DNA of 64,000 nucleotides from Hyphomicrobiales bacterium (GTDB taxonomy: Bacteria; Pseudomonadota; Alphaproteobacteria; Rhizobiales; JAJFHC01): NCBI GenBank assembly GCA_965227875.1, contig OZ245783.1, forward strand, positions 4,769,929 through 4,833,928, read 5' to 3'. The position numbers and the translations under genes were made by a program. The notes beneath the pieces are model-generated. The model did no database searches. It had not been told where the DNA came from and saw nothing but the letters and a program-made list of their open reading frames with translations. This document shows positions 34,318 to 43,774 of this stretch, piece after piece (positions within the stretch are counted from its first letter, which is position 1; the number at the start of each line of letters is the position of its first letter).

Positions 34318-35163
34318 ATGGCCTACGAGATAAGCCTTGCCACCGCCATGGGCATTTCCGTCCTGTTTGCGCTCAGCCTCAACTTCGTCACCGGGTTCTG
34401 CGGCCAGATCTCGCTGGGCCATGCCGCCTTCTTCGGCATCGGCGCCTACACTTCCGCCCTTCTGATGAAGGCCGGATGGCCGATGATCCTCACCCTGCCC
34501 GTCGCCGCCCTGCCCGCGGCCGCTGTCGGCATCGTCGTCGGGCTGGCGAGCCTGCGGGTCCGTCACGACTTCCTCGCCATAACGACCATGGGGGTCGGCT
34601 TCCTCTTTGTCGGCATCGTCCGCCAGCGCGACGCGCTCGGCGGCGAGCTCGGCATCTCGGGCATTCCGTCCTTCGCTTTCGGCAAACCCGGTTTCCTGGT
34701 CCTCGTTCTCGTCTGCGTCGCTCTTTTCGCCGCGTTCAGCCTGTTCGTTCGCCGGTCGTGGATGGGGCGGGCCTTCGACGCGATCTCCGAGGACGAGGAC
34801 ACGGCACGTACGCTCGGCATCGACGTGCCGAACTACAAGCTGGCCGCCTTCGCCATCGGCACAGGCGTCGCCGGCATGGCCGGCGCGCTCTATGCCCAGA
34901 ATGTCCGTTTCATCGGCCCGGACAGTTTCGGCTTCGTGGAATCCGTCACGGTGCTGGCCATGGTCATCGTCGGCGGTGTCGGGTCGGTGGCCGGCGTCAT
35001 GATCGCCGCCGCGCTGCTGAGCGCCCTGCCGCTCTGGTTCCAGTTCCTCGACGACTACAAGCTCCTGTTCTACAGCGCCCTGCTCTTCGCCATGATGCGC
35101 TATTCGCCCGACGGTCTCGCCGGACTCTACCGTCGCCTGACGGGCAAGGGAGCGCGCGCATGA
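34318..35163 (+). CDS. ABC transporter permease (LivM-like)
   Basis: 'GQISLGHAAFFGIGAYTSALL', multi-TM. Confidence 0.85.
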   Translation: MAYEISLATAMGISVLFALSLNFVTGFCGQISLGHAAFFGIGAYTSALLMKAGWPMILTLPVAALPAAAVGIVVGLASLRVRHDFLAITTMGVGFLFVGIVRQRDALGGELGISGIPSFAFGKPGFLVLVLVCVALFAAFSLFVRRSWMGRAFDAISEDEDTARTLGIDVPNYKLAAFAIGTGVAGMAGALYAQNVRFIGPDSFGFVESVTVLAMVIVGGVGSVAGVMIAAALLSALPLWFQFLDDYKLLFYSALLFAMMRYSPDGLAGLYRRLTGKGARA

Positions 35164-35921
35164 CCGATCTGCTCAGACTGGACGGGATCACCGTCCGCTT
35201 CGGCGGTGTGGTTGCCGTCGACGATGTTTCCCTCGTGGTCGGCGAAGGCGAACTCCTGGGATTCATCGGCCCCAATGGCGCTGGCAAGACGACGCTGCTG
35301 CGCGCCATCACCGGCATTGTCCGGCCCCAGTCGGGCACGGTGACGCTCGCCGGTCGCCGCATCGACCAGCTTTCCGTCTCCCAGCGCGTGCATGCGGGGC
35401 TGGGATTGGCCCAGCAGATCGTCGCCCCCTTCCGCACCATGTCGCTGACCGACAATGTGGCGCTCGCCGCGGCGTCGGCCAAGATCCGCGCACCGCTGAC
35501 CGCCATGTTCCGGCACGACCGGACCGCGGAGCGGGCCACGGCGCGGGAACTCCTGGCGCGTGTGGGGCTTGGCGACGTCGCCGACCAGAGCCCCTCCTCC
35601 ATGCCACTCGGGTTTCTCAAGCGGCTCGAACTCGCCCGCGCGCTGGCGCTCAAGCCACGCCTGCTCCTGCTCGACGAACCCCTCGCCGGTCTCAACCAGG
35701 CGGAGGCCGAAGCCATGGCGGACACCATCCGCGAAATCCATGCCGGCGGGCAATCGACGATCCTGATAGAGCACAACCTTCGCGAGGTCACGCGCATCTG
35801 TCCGCGTCTCTACGTGCAGGACAATGGCCGCAAACTCGCCGACGGGCCAACGGGAGACGTCATGCGCGACCAGGACGTGCTGCGCGCCTATCTCGGGAGC
35901 GAACACCATGCTGTCGCTTGA
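35160..35921 (+). CDS. ABC transporter ATP-binding protein (LivG-like)
   Basis: ATGA overlap with the upstream stop. Walker A 'GPNGAGKTT', 'LLLLDEPLAGL'. Confidence 0.9.
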   Translation: MTDLLRLDGITVRFGGVVAVDDVSLVVGEGELLGFIGPNGAGKTTLLRAITGIVRPQSGTVTLAGRRIDQLSVSQRVHAGLGLAQQIVAPFRTMSLTDNVALAAASAKIRAPLTAMFRHDRTAERATARELLARVGLGDVADQSPSSMPLGFLKRLELARALALKPRLLLLDEPLAGLNQAEAEAMADTIREIHAGGQSTILIEHNLREVTRICPRLYVQDNGRKLADGPTGDVMRDQDVLRAYLGSEHHAVA

Positions 35922-36618
35922 TCACGTCAGCGCCGGCTACGGCGACATCCTCGCGGTGGACGACATCTCCTTCGAGGTGCCCAGAGGCAAGACGTTCGCC
36001 CTGCTCGGCGCCAACGGCGCGGGCAAGACCACGACGATCCGCACGATCGCGGGCCAGGTCATGCCGAAATCGGGCACCGTGACGTTCAAGGGCGAAGATC
36101 TCGCCGGAACGGGCGCATCGAAACGCGCCGCGCTCGGCATTGCCTTGTCGCCGGAAGGCCGGCGCCTGTTTCCCGACCTCACCGTTGCGGAGAATCTCGT
36201 CGTCGGCGGCTATTGCCGTGACAGATCGAGACAGGCCGCCAACGCGGAACGGGTGACCGGCTATTTCCCCCGTCTTGCGGAGCGCTACCGACAGCGGGCC
36301 GGATCGCTTTCGGGCGGCGAACAGCAGATGCTTGCCATAGGACGCGCGTTGATGGCGGAGCCGGAACTGCTTCTCGTCGACGAACTGTCCCTCGGCCTGA
36401 TGCCCAAGGTGATCGACGACTGCTACCGGGTCATCGATGCCCTGAAACGCGACGGACTGACGATCCTGCTCGTGGAACAGAACACGGAACGTGCCCTGTC
36501 CGTCGCCGACCATGTGGCCGTGCTGGAATCGGGCCGCCTCGCGTGGTCGGGCACCGCGGAAGACGCCGTACAAAACCAGGATCTCGTCGCAACACTGCTT
36601 GGCCTGTCCGCGGCCTGA
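35908..36618 (+). CDS. ABC transporter ATP-binding protein (LivF-like)
   Basis: Walker A 'GANGAGKTT', signature 'LSGGEQQML', 'LLLVDELSLGL'. Confidence 0.9.
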   Translation: MLSLDHVSAGYGDILAVDDISFEVPRGKTFALLGANGAGKTTTIRTIAGQVMPKSGTVTFKGEDLAGTGASKRAALGIALSPEGRRLFPDLTVAENLVVGGYCRDRSRQAANAERVTGYFPRLAERYRQRAGSLSGGEQQMLAIGRALMAEPELLLVDELSLGLMPKVIDDCYRVIDALKRDGLTILLVEQNTERALSVADHVAVLESGRLAWSGTAEDAVQNQDLVATLLGLSAA

Positions 36619-36648
36619 ACCGCGGGACAAATCGGGAGGAGCGCACCA

Positions 36649-38187
36649 ATGACCGGACCCCTGAAATTCGAACCGGGACACCTCTCACTCCGCGACGCGA
36701 GACGAATTCTGGAGGGCACGGCCTTCGACCTTGCCGACGGCTGGTCCGCGAATGTCGAACGCGGCCTGAGAACCGTTTCGGACGTGGTGAAATCCGGCAG
36801 GACGGTTTACGGCATAAACACGGGATTCGGCCTTCTGGCCCGCAAATCCATTCCGCTCGACCAGCTTCGCGACCTCCAGGTCCGGCTTGTGCGCAGCCAC
36901 CAGGCCGGCACCGGCGAACCGCTCGATGACGACACCGTCCGGCTCATCCTCGCCCTCAAGGCCAACTCGCTGGCGCGCGGACATTCCGGCGTGCGGCCGC
37001 TCATCGTGGAGCGACTGGTCGAGATGGCGCGCGTCGGTCTTCATCCCGTGATCCCGTCCAAGGGATCCGTCGGAGCGTCCGGCGACCTCGCCCCGCTGGC
37101 GCATCTCTCGGCGACGTTGATCGGGGAAGGACAGATCCGGTGCCGCGGAGAGCTCTTGCCCGCCGCCGACGCCCTCTCCCGCGCCGGTCTCGAACCGGTG
37201 CAGCTCGAAGCCAAGGAAGGGCTCGCACTCCTGAATGGAACGCAGGTGTCGACGGCGCTCGCACTGCGGGGCCTGTTCGGCGCGGAGGACGCCTTCTGCG
37301 GTGCGCTCGTGGCTGGAGCCATGTCGGTCGAAGCGATGAAGGGAAGCGACACGCCGTTCGATCCCCGCATTCACGACATCAGGGGCCACCGGGGCCAGAT
37401 CGACGTCGCCCGGGCGCTGCGCAGTCTCATGGCCGGCAGCAAGATCCGGGAGAGCCATGTTGACTGCGACCGCGTGCAGGACCCCTATTCGTTGCGCTGC
37501 CAGCCCCAGGTGATGGGCGCCTGTCTCGATCAGTTGCGCCAGGCAGCCTCGACGCTTCGCATCGAAGCCAACGCCGTGTCGGACAATCCGCTCGTCTTCC
37601 CCGACGAGGGCGAAATCCTTTCGGGCGGAAACTTCCATGCCGAACCGGTGGCCATGGCGGCGGACCAGATCGCCATCGCCCTGTGCGAGATCGGCGCCCT
37701 GTCTGAGCGGCGCATGGCGCTGCTCGTCGATCCGAACATGAGCGGACTGCCCGCGTTTCTCGTCCCCGAACCCGGCCTGAATTCCGGTTTCATGATCGCC
37801 CAGGTGACGGCGGCAGCCCTCGCCAGCGAGAACAAGACGATGGCCTTTCCCGCAAGCGTCGACAGCCTTCCGACGTCGGCCAACCAGGAAGACCACGTAT
37901 CCATGGCGACCCACGGCGCGCGAAGACTGAAGGTCATGGCCGTGAACACGGTCGGGATCGTCGCGATCGAGATGCTCGGCGCCGCCCAGGGCCTCGATTT
38001 CCACCGCCCGCTTGAAACGTCGGCCCAGCTCATGCCGGCCTGTCGCGCGATCCGTGATGCCGTCCCCGCGGTGGCGGACGACCGTGCGCTGTCGGACGAT
38101 ATCGAAAAGGCGCGCGTAATCATCGCCGGCCGCTCCGGCTTCCACCCCGTGGTCGAGGACCTGTTGCCCTCCGCGACGGAAGGGTGA
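36649..38187 (+). CDS. hutH: Histidine ammonia-lyase
   Basis: MIO-forming '[15 protein letters not shown]', 'YGINTGFG', 'NQEDHVSMA'. Confidence 0.95.
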   Translation: MTGPLKFEPGHLSLRDARRILEGTAFDLADGWSANVERGLRTVSDVVKSGRTVYGINTGFGLLARKSIPLDQLRDLQVRLVRSHQAGTGEPLDDDTVRLILALKANSLARGHSGVRPLIVERLVEMARVGLHPVIPSKGSVGASGDLAPLAHLSATLIGEGQIRCRGELLPAADALSRAGLEPVQLEAKEGLALLNGTQVSTALALRGLFGAEDAFCGALVAGAMSVEAMKGSDTPFDPRIHDIRGHRGQIDVARALRSLMAGSKIRESHVDCDRVQDPYSLRCQPQVMGACLDQLRQAASTLRIEANAVSDNPLVFPDEGEILSGGNFHAEPVAMAADQIAIALCEIGALSERRMALLVDPNMSGLPAFLVPEPGLNSGFMIAQVTAAALASENKTMAFPASVDSLPTSANQEDHVSMATHGARRLKVMAVNTVGIVAIEMLGAAQGLDFHRPLETSAQLMPACRAIRDAVPAVADDRALSDDIEKARVIIAGRSGFHPVVEDLLPSATEG

Positions 38188-38191
38188 AGCC

Positions 38192-40864
38192 CTAACGATA
38201 CCCGAGCGTCAGCCGATAGGGCGCGACGCTGCGCCCGCCCTTCCCGTCCGTCACGCGCAGGACATAGCGGCCGGGTTCGGCGATATCGACCGCGAGGGTC
38301 CCGTCCCCGCCGGGCGACTTGTCCGGAAGCCAGTTTCCGCCGCTCGCCCGATGCACACCCAGGTTGACGGCCATGCCCTGCGGCTGGCCCGCAATCGCGA
38401 TGGTCCAGCGTCCGGCTCTCGTCAGATTGGCGACGTAGAAGTCGGCATCCCCCTTGGGGAGGATCGTTCCGCTGATCTCGCCGTCAGGCGAAACGGGACT
38501 CGCGGACGCGGCCGAATTGTTCGGTTCGCGACGATCCGGGCTCGGCGTGTAGCGTGCGGCGAAACTGTAGGCGTCCGCGTTCCGGCCCGCCTTCGCGTCG
38601 GTCGCCCGAAGCACATACCGTCCGGGGCCCGGCAGATCGACGACCAGCCGCCCGTCTCCTTTCGGCGAACGGTCCGTGAACCAGTTGCCGCCCGATGCCG
38701 CATGAACGCCGTAGGCCATCTGAATGCCCGCCGGGGCTCTGATCGTTTCGATCGACCACTCGCCGTGGGTCGGCACGTCGATCGCGTAATAGTCCGCGTC
38801 GCCGGACGGCAGGATCGTCGCCGTCACCCTTGCATCCGGCCCGATCGACCGGGCCTGGGCGGCAGAACCATTGGGCTCGAAACCGTCGTCACTCGGCTTC
38901 CACGACAGGCCGACACGGTATTGTCCGGCGGACCGTCCGCCCTTGGTATCCGTGATGCGCAGGACGTATTCACCGGGCTCCGGAATGTCCACGACAAGTT
39001 TGCCGTCGTCCTTCGGAGACCGGTCCGACAGCCAATTGCCCCCCGCGGCGGGATGCACGCCGAAGGCCAGCGACATGCCGGCCGGCTGTGCCTGTCTCTC
39101 GATGGTCCACTCGCCGTGCCGGGGGAAGCGGACCTTGAAGAAGTCGGCGTCACCCGCCGGCAGGATGGCCCCGGTCAAGGTCTCGTCCGGCCCGACACTC
39201 GCGGCAGTGGCGGCCGACTGGTTCGGCTCGTGCATATCGCCGGTTTCGGCATAGGCCAGATCGAGCAGGTAGGGGTCGACGCTCCGCCCTCCGGCCCCGT
39301 CGATCACGCGAAGCACGTACCGGCCGGGTTCGGGCAGATCGACCACGAGCTTTCCATCCCCCTTCGGCGAGCGGTCCGCCAGCCAGTTCCCGCCACCGGA
39401 ATGGTGCACCCCGAACTGCAGCTTCATGCCGTCGGGACGGGCCCTGTCGGCGATCGTCCATTCGCCCTGGCGGGCAACGTCCACCTGATAGAAGTCCGCA
39501 TCCCCGCGAGGCAGGATCGTCCCAACGAGCGACCCGCTTGCCGGAGTCGCGGCGGCAGTCGCCGCAGCGGGGTTGGGTTCGCCGCGATCCGGACTTGGAC
39601 GGAAGACGGTTTCCAGCGAATAGGGCATCGCCGCCGCGGACTTGTCCGTTCGGGTCGCCCGCACGACAAAACGGCCCGGTGCCGGCAGATCGAACACCCA
39701 TTTGCCGTCGCTCCTGGCGGACTCGTCCTTGATCCAGTTCCCGCCCTGCGCCGGGTGCACCCCGACCTGCAGCGACGCACGACCGGGGTTCAGCACCTGC
39801 AGTTCACCATGCCTGCCGACTTCGATGCTGAAGAAATCGACGTCGCCTGTCTTGTCGAACACCGCATCGATCGTGCCCGATGGCGGCACCGGCGTTGCCA
39901 CGGCGGCGCTGTCGTTGGGTTCCTGTTCACCCGTCGAGCCGGCGGAGGGAAGCGCGCCCGTGGTACCTGCCGTGCTGCCCGACGGAAGCAGGGGCGTGGG
40001 GCTGCCCGGCAGTCCGGGTGCAAGAACGGCAGGCCCCGGAAGAACTGGCGCACCCTGGGATCCGGAACCGGCGGTACCCTGCCCGCTCGGAAGTTGACTG
40101 CCGCTGCCGTCGGCGGTTACGGCGGAACGCAGGGGGCATTCGAACTCGAAGCTCCAGCGCGTACCGGAGGTATTGCCGTCACAATTCGGAAACACGGTCA
40201 CCGAAGCGGTTCCGGCGCCCGCGGGGATGTCCAGTTCGAACGTTCCCGTGCCGCTCACACAGCCGGTGGACTTCGTGACCGTACCGACCGTGACGTCCAT
40301 CCGGTCCTTGATCCTGAGCATTCCCCATGAAAACCCGGCCTTGCCGACAAACCCGCCGAGGTCGACCGTCACACCGCCTCCCGCATCTCCTCCCTGCTCC
40401 ACCGCGGAATTGCATTCGGCGGTCCCGGCCTCGTCCTCTTCCGTCTTCACAAACCCGATTTCAAGGTCGAAACGACCGACCTTGATGCTTCTGGGTTCGG
40501 TAACGAACAGAGAGACAATCTCACTTTCGCCGTCGGGCGCCTCATCACGGATGGAGAATTCGAACACGATCTCTTGCGTCGCACCCGGTTCGAGCGAAAA
40601 CCGTCGCGGCTCCAGTGTCGTCATCTCGACATAGTGAAGCGGCAGTACGGGTACGATGTCATAATCCGGTATCGTCAGATTGGTGTCATTCCGTATTGTA
40701 ATCACAATTACGTTTTTACTGGACCCGATCTTGAACTGGTCGGAGTGCTGGCCACTCAGGCCCGGTTCGAAGGACTGCTGACTGAAAGCCGAAAAACAGA
40801 AAAAGAGCAGGAGCAGGATCGCGAACATGATCGTGCGAACCGTGAGGGCAGATGAAGTGTTCAT
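38192..40864 (-). CDS. Large exported protein: N-terminal CARDB/NEW3-like and Cys-rich domains, P/G/S linker, five PPC-type (pre-peptidase C-terminal-like) repeats
   Basis: ATG at 40864 overlaps the upstream stop (ATGA). Signal/TM 'TIMFAILLLLFFCFSAFSQQ'. Five repeats each carry 'EPNxSAAxA...GD(A/V)D(F/Y)(F/Y)...GxW...GGNW...PGRYVLR...Y'. Confidence 0.75.
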   Translation of the reverse strand: MNTSSALTVRTIMFAILLLLFFCFSAFSQQSFEPGLSGQHSDQFKIGSSKNVIVITIRNDTNLTIPDYDIVPVLPLHYVEMTTLEPRRFSLEPGATQEIVFEFSIRDEAPDGESEIVSLFVTEPRSIKVGRFDLEIGFVKTEEDEAGTAECNSAVEQGGDAGGGVTVDLGGFVGKAGFSWGMLRIKDRMDVTVGTVTKSTGCVSGTGTFELDIPAGAGTASVTVFPNCDGNTSGTRWSFEFECPLRSAVTADGSGSQLPSGQGTAGSGSQGAPVLPGPAVLAPGLPGSPTPLLPSGSTAGTTGALPSAGSTGEQEPNDSAAVATPVPPSGTIDAVFDKTGDVDFFSIEVGRHGELQVLNPGRASLQVGVHPAQGGNWIKDESARSDGKWVFDLPAPGRFVVRATRTDKSAAAMPYSLETVFRPSPDRGEPNPAAATAAATPASGSLVGTILPRGDADFYQVDVARQGEWTIADRARPDGMKLQFGVHHSGGGNWLADRSPKGDGKLVVDLPEPGRYVLRVIDGAGGRSVDPYLLDLAYAETGDMHEPNQSAATAASVGPDETLTGAILPAGDADFFKVRFPRHGEWTIERQAQPAGMSLAFGVHPAAGGNWLSDRSPKDDGKLVVDIPEPGEYVLRITDTKGGRSAGQYRVGLSWKPSDDGFEPNGSAAQARSIGPDARVTATILPSGDADYYAIDVPTHGEWSIETIRAPAGIQMAYGVHAASGGNWFTDRSPKGDGRLVVDLPGPGRYVLRATDAKAGRNADAYSFAARYTPSPDRREPNNSAASASPVSPDGEISGTILPKGDADFYVANLTRAGRWTIAIAGQPQGMAVNLGVHRASGGNWLPDKSPGGDGTLAVDIAEPGRYVLRVTDGKGGRSVAPYRLTLGYR
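38195..39922 (-). repeat. Five tandem ~342-351-bp coding repeats (111-117 aa each)
   Basis: Repeat starts are at protein residues 315, 429, 546, 663 and 780, counted from the translated ORF. The repeats have diverged and are not identical at DNA level. Confidence 0.85.
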
Positions 40865-42195
40865 TGTCCCTTGGCCTTCGTGCCGACGGCCGAACTCGTT
40901 TTCGGATCGCACAAGGATGCGCGGCGCCACTCGAAGAAGTTGTCGACGTAGGTCCCCAAGCCGGTTCCGTCGTTCGTCGGCTTGAGTTGGTCGAGCGCGA
41001 AGAATCCGTGCCGCATGAACGTGTTGTCGCGGCCCGTCGCTTTCGCGATGTACCAGACCACATGCTTCTGCAGCACACGTTTGAGAAACACCCTCCAGTT
41101 AAGCTGAACCCCTTTGCATGTTGAGACCTCCGCGAGCCTGTCGCGGTCGAGAATGAGTTCGGCAGGGTCGAGAACATCCCCCTCTCCCTTGTCCGCGGAG
41201 ATAACGATCTGGATGGTCTGGCCGGGTGTGAGATAAGTCGTGCCCCGCAGGGAGGAACTGAAACTGTGCCCGTTCATCGGCTCTACCAGAGGGTCGACAG
41301 GCGGTGCCAGCGCCCCTGACCAGCGCCAGTGCATGTGCACGCAATCAAAGGCATATTCGCGGCAGCCGGGGATGACCATCGTCCGCTGGCCATCATTGTC
41401 GAGCGCGGTATGGAGATTGTCGAAGTCGCCTGTCCGGCCGTCGATCTGGGCGAAAAACGATCTCTCTGATGCAAAGACCGGAGCGAGCCCCGCAGTCAGG
41501 AATGAGTTGACAGTATAGTCATAGTCGGAAGTTCCACCGATACCCACACTGCCATAATCGATCCGATAATAAGCGGTTACCGAGACATCATCGTCGGTGA
41601 CCGTCGGATCATCGGCTTCCCACCAGTAATGAACCAGTGGAATGAAACGATAACAGGTCCGAGCGAAAAACATGCTCGCAGCCATGCGCTGACCACCAGC
41701 GCAACGACTCTCCCCGTCACCGAACCGGTAAAGATAGGTGGCAATAAAAGTGCCACGTACGGAACCCTTCGTGAGCTTCTTTACAAAGCGCCACTCGATG
41801 GTCCGTCCGCCGTCTTTGATGACAGAGTCATGGTTTTGCGCCAGGTCGCTTGCGCAAAACTGGACGACCTCGGAGTCCCATTCGCCACCCGTGCGCTGGG
41901 CGACTACGAAATGCGGTACCCGCACCGCAGGCAGAAACAGCTTTCCTCCTGCCCGGATTTCGGTGAAGACGAGCCCCTTGGTGTTTTGCACTTCGTATCG
42001 TGCACTCCACGGCGCAGCGTTGACCGTACCGCTGCCCAAAACATACGGATCCTCGTCGGCACACGTCCTGGGCACATCGAACTTCGCCCTGATCGTACTG
42101 GCATCAGCCCCCGCGACATCGAGCATCGTCGCGACAATGACCAGGATGCCGCCAAAAGCTGACAAGAGCAAACAACACCTGACCAATGCATTCAT
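40861..42195 (-). CDS. Hypothetical 444-aa exported/membrane-anchored protein (unknown family)
   Basis: GGAGGA lies 7 nt upstream of the ATG at 42195. N-terminal hydrophobic segment 'MNALVRCCLLLSAFGGILVIVATML'. Motifs 'KGLVFTEI', 'GTSDYDYTV' and 'CVHMHWRW'. G+C is visibly lower than in the flanking hut genes. Confidence 0.65.
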   Translation of the reverse strand: MNALVRCCLLLSAFGGILVIVATMLDVAGADASTIRAKFDVPRTCADEDPYVLGSGTVNAAPWSARYEVQNTKGLVFTEIRAGGKLFLPAVRVPHFVVAQRTGGEWDSEVVQFCASDLAQNHDSVIKDGGRTIEWRFVKKLTKGSVRGTFIATYLYRFGDGESRCAGGQRMAASMFFARTCYRFIPLVHYWWEADDPTVTDDDVSVTAYYRIDYGSVGIGGTSDYDYTVNSFLTAGLAPVFASERSFFAQIDGRTGDFDNLHTALDNDGQRTMVIPGCREYAFDCVHMHWRWSGALAPPVDPLVEPMNGHSFSSSLRGTTYLTPGQTIQIVISADKGEGDVLDPAELILDRDRLAEVSTCKGVQLNWRVFLKRVLQKHVVWYIAKATGRDNTFMRHGFFALDQLKPTNDGTGLGTYVDNFFEWRRASLCDPKTSSAVGTKAKGQ

Positions 42196-42336
42196 GCGAC
42201 CGTCCTCCGTCGCCTCCTCAGGCGCCAGCCGCAATCCGGAATGGACAATGGTGTTTGACGATGGCCGGCGCCGACCATGATTGCCACCGTTAAGTATGAC
42301 TCCGTAGAAAAAGCGATTGCAAGCAGGAGAGCGGAA

Positions 42337-43716
42337 TCAGGATTGCAACAGTTTTTCCATCGTTCTCCGGAAACGATCGGCGATGCGGTCCTCATCCGCG
42401 TGCCGGCCGTCCGCGATCACCTGCCGTCCGCCGCAGACCACGTCGCGCACGGGGCTCGCCTGGCTGGCGAAAATCCAGGCATCCGCGAGTTGATCGCCGG
42501 TCCGCGCGGCGAAGGCCGGAAGGTCCGTGTCCACCGCAACGAGGTCGCAGGGCGAACCGATGGCGAGCGCCCCGCCTCCACGCCCCAGGGCCCTTGAACC
42601 GCCTTCGAGCGCGGAACGATAGAGGCTCGCACCTGTGGATTTCCCCTCACCGCCGCCCAGCACGTTGCGCTTGCGGTAAAGCAGCCGCTGACCGTACTCG
42701 TAGGTCCGCAATTCATCCGCGACGCTGACCGCGATATGGCTGTCCGAACCCACGCCCCACGCGCCATTCCGCTCCCGGTAGCGTACGGCCTGGAAGAAGC
42801 CGTCTCCGAGGTTCGCCTCGGTTGTCGGGCAAAGCCCGGCCACCGCGCCGCTGGCCGCGAGCCGGTCGGTTTCCGCGTCGTCCATGTGCGTGGCATGGAT
42901 CAGGCACCATGCATCGTCGACCGCGAAGTGATCGAACAGATAGTCCACGGGCCTGCGGCCGCACCAGGCCATGCAGTCGTCCACTTCCTTCGTCTGTTCC
43001 GCGATATGGATATGCACCCTGCCCTGCGGGTCCATCCCCCGGAACCCGACAAGCACCTCGTCGAGAAGATCTTTTGTCACCGCGCGTAGCGAATGCGGTG
43101 CGATGCCCACCCGCACTTGGGGATCGTCCGCGTGGCGGCTGCGCAAAGTGTCGACGATCGTGAGAAACTGGTCTGCATCATTGAGGAAGCGCCGCTGGCC
43201 TTCGACCGGAGCCTGGCCGCCGAAACCGCCGAACGCGTAGAGGACCGGAAGATGGGTGATCGCGATACCGGTCTGCCTGGCCGCTTCAATGACGCGGTCC
43301 GAGAGTTCCGTGAGGTTTTCGTACGGTTCCCCGTTGGGTCCGTGATGGACATAGTGGAACTCCCCGACGGCCGTGAAACCTGCCTTCAGCATGTCGATAT
43401 AGAGCTGGGCGGCGATTGCCTCCACATGTTCCGGCGTCAACTGTCCCAGAAAGCCGTACATGACCTTGCGCCAGGTCCAGAAACTGTCGTCGCTCGGACC
43501 GGACACTTCCGCCAGCCCCGCCATGGCCCGCTGAAACGCGTGGCTGTGCAGGTTCGGCATGCCGGGAAATACCGCACCGTGAAGACGGACGGCATCCGCG
43601 GGCGGGGTCTCGCCGGTCAGGATCTGCTCTATGCGGCCATCCGCACCGGCGGAGATCAGGACATCGTTCGCCCAGCCGGTTTCAAGCAGAGCCTGCGTGC
43701 AATAAAACGTAGCCAT
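42337..43716 (-). CDS. hutF: Formimidoylglutamate deiminase
   Basis: Amidohydrolase-superfamily 'PGMPNLHSHAFQRAMAG', 'HIHIAEQ', 'LIHATHM', 'GSDSH'. ATG at 43716. Confidence 0.88.
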   Translation of the reverse strand: MATFYCTQALLETGWANDVLISAGADGRIEQILTGETPPADAVRLHGAVFPGMPNLHSHAFQRAMAGLAEVSGPSDDSFWTWRKVMYGFLGQLTPEHVEAIAAQLYIDMLKAGFTAVGEFHYVHHGPNGEPYENLTELSDRVIEAARQTGIAITHLPVLYAFGGFGGQAPVEGQRRFLNDADQFLTIVDTLRSRHADDPQVRVGIAPHSLRAVTKDLLDEVLVGFRGMDPQGRVHIHIAEQTKEVDDCMAWCGRRPVDYLFDHFAVDDAWCLIHATHMDDAETDRLAASGAVAGLCPTTEANLGDGFFQAVRYRERNGAWGVGSDSHIAVSVADELRTYEYGQRLLYRKRNVLGGGEGKSTGASLYRSALEGGSRALGRGGGALAIGSPCDLVAVDTDLPAFAARTGDQLADAWIFASQASPVRDVVCGGRQVIADGRHADEDRIADRFRRTMEKLLQS

Positions 43717-43740
43717 GGAGCACTCCCCGCGATAATCTAA

Positions 43741-43752
43741 TTGTATATACAA
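43741..43752. promoter_or_regulatory. HutC-type operator TTGTATATACAA in the hutF/hutI divergent region
   Basis: Same perfect palindrome as 28854-28865. It is centred in the 58-bp gap between the divergent hutF and hutI starts. Confidence 0.75.
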
Positions 43753-43774
43753 GACGGAATACGGAGCGGTTGCA

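Noticed and set aside
38351-40330. 659-aa plus-strand ORF opposite the PPC-repeat gene
   Set aside because: The translation is Arg-rich and low-complexity. The minus-strand frame shows a coherent five-fold domain repeat and a signal peptide.
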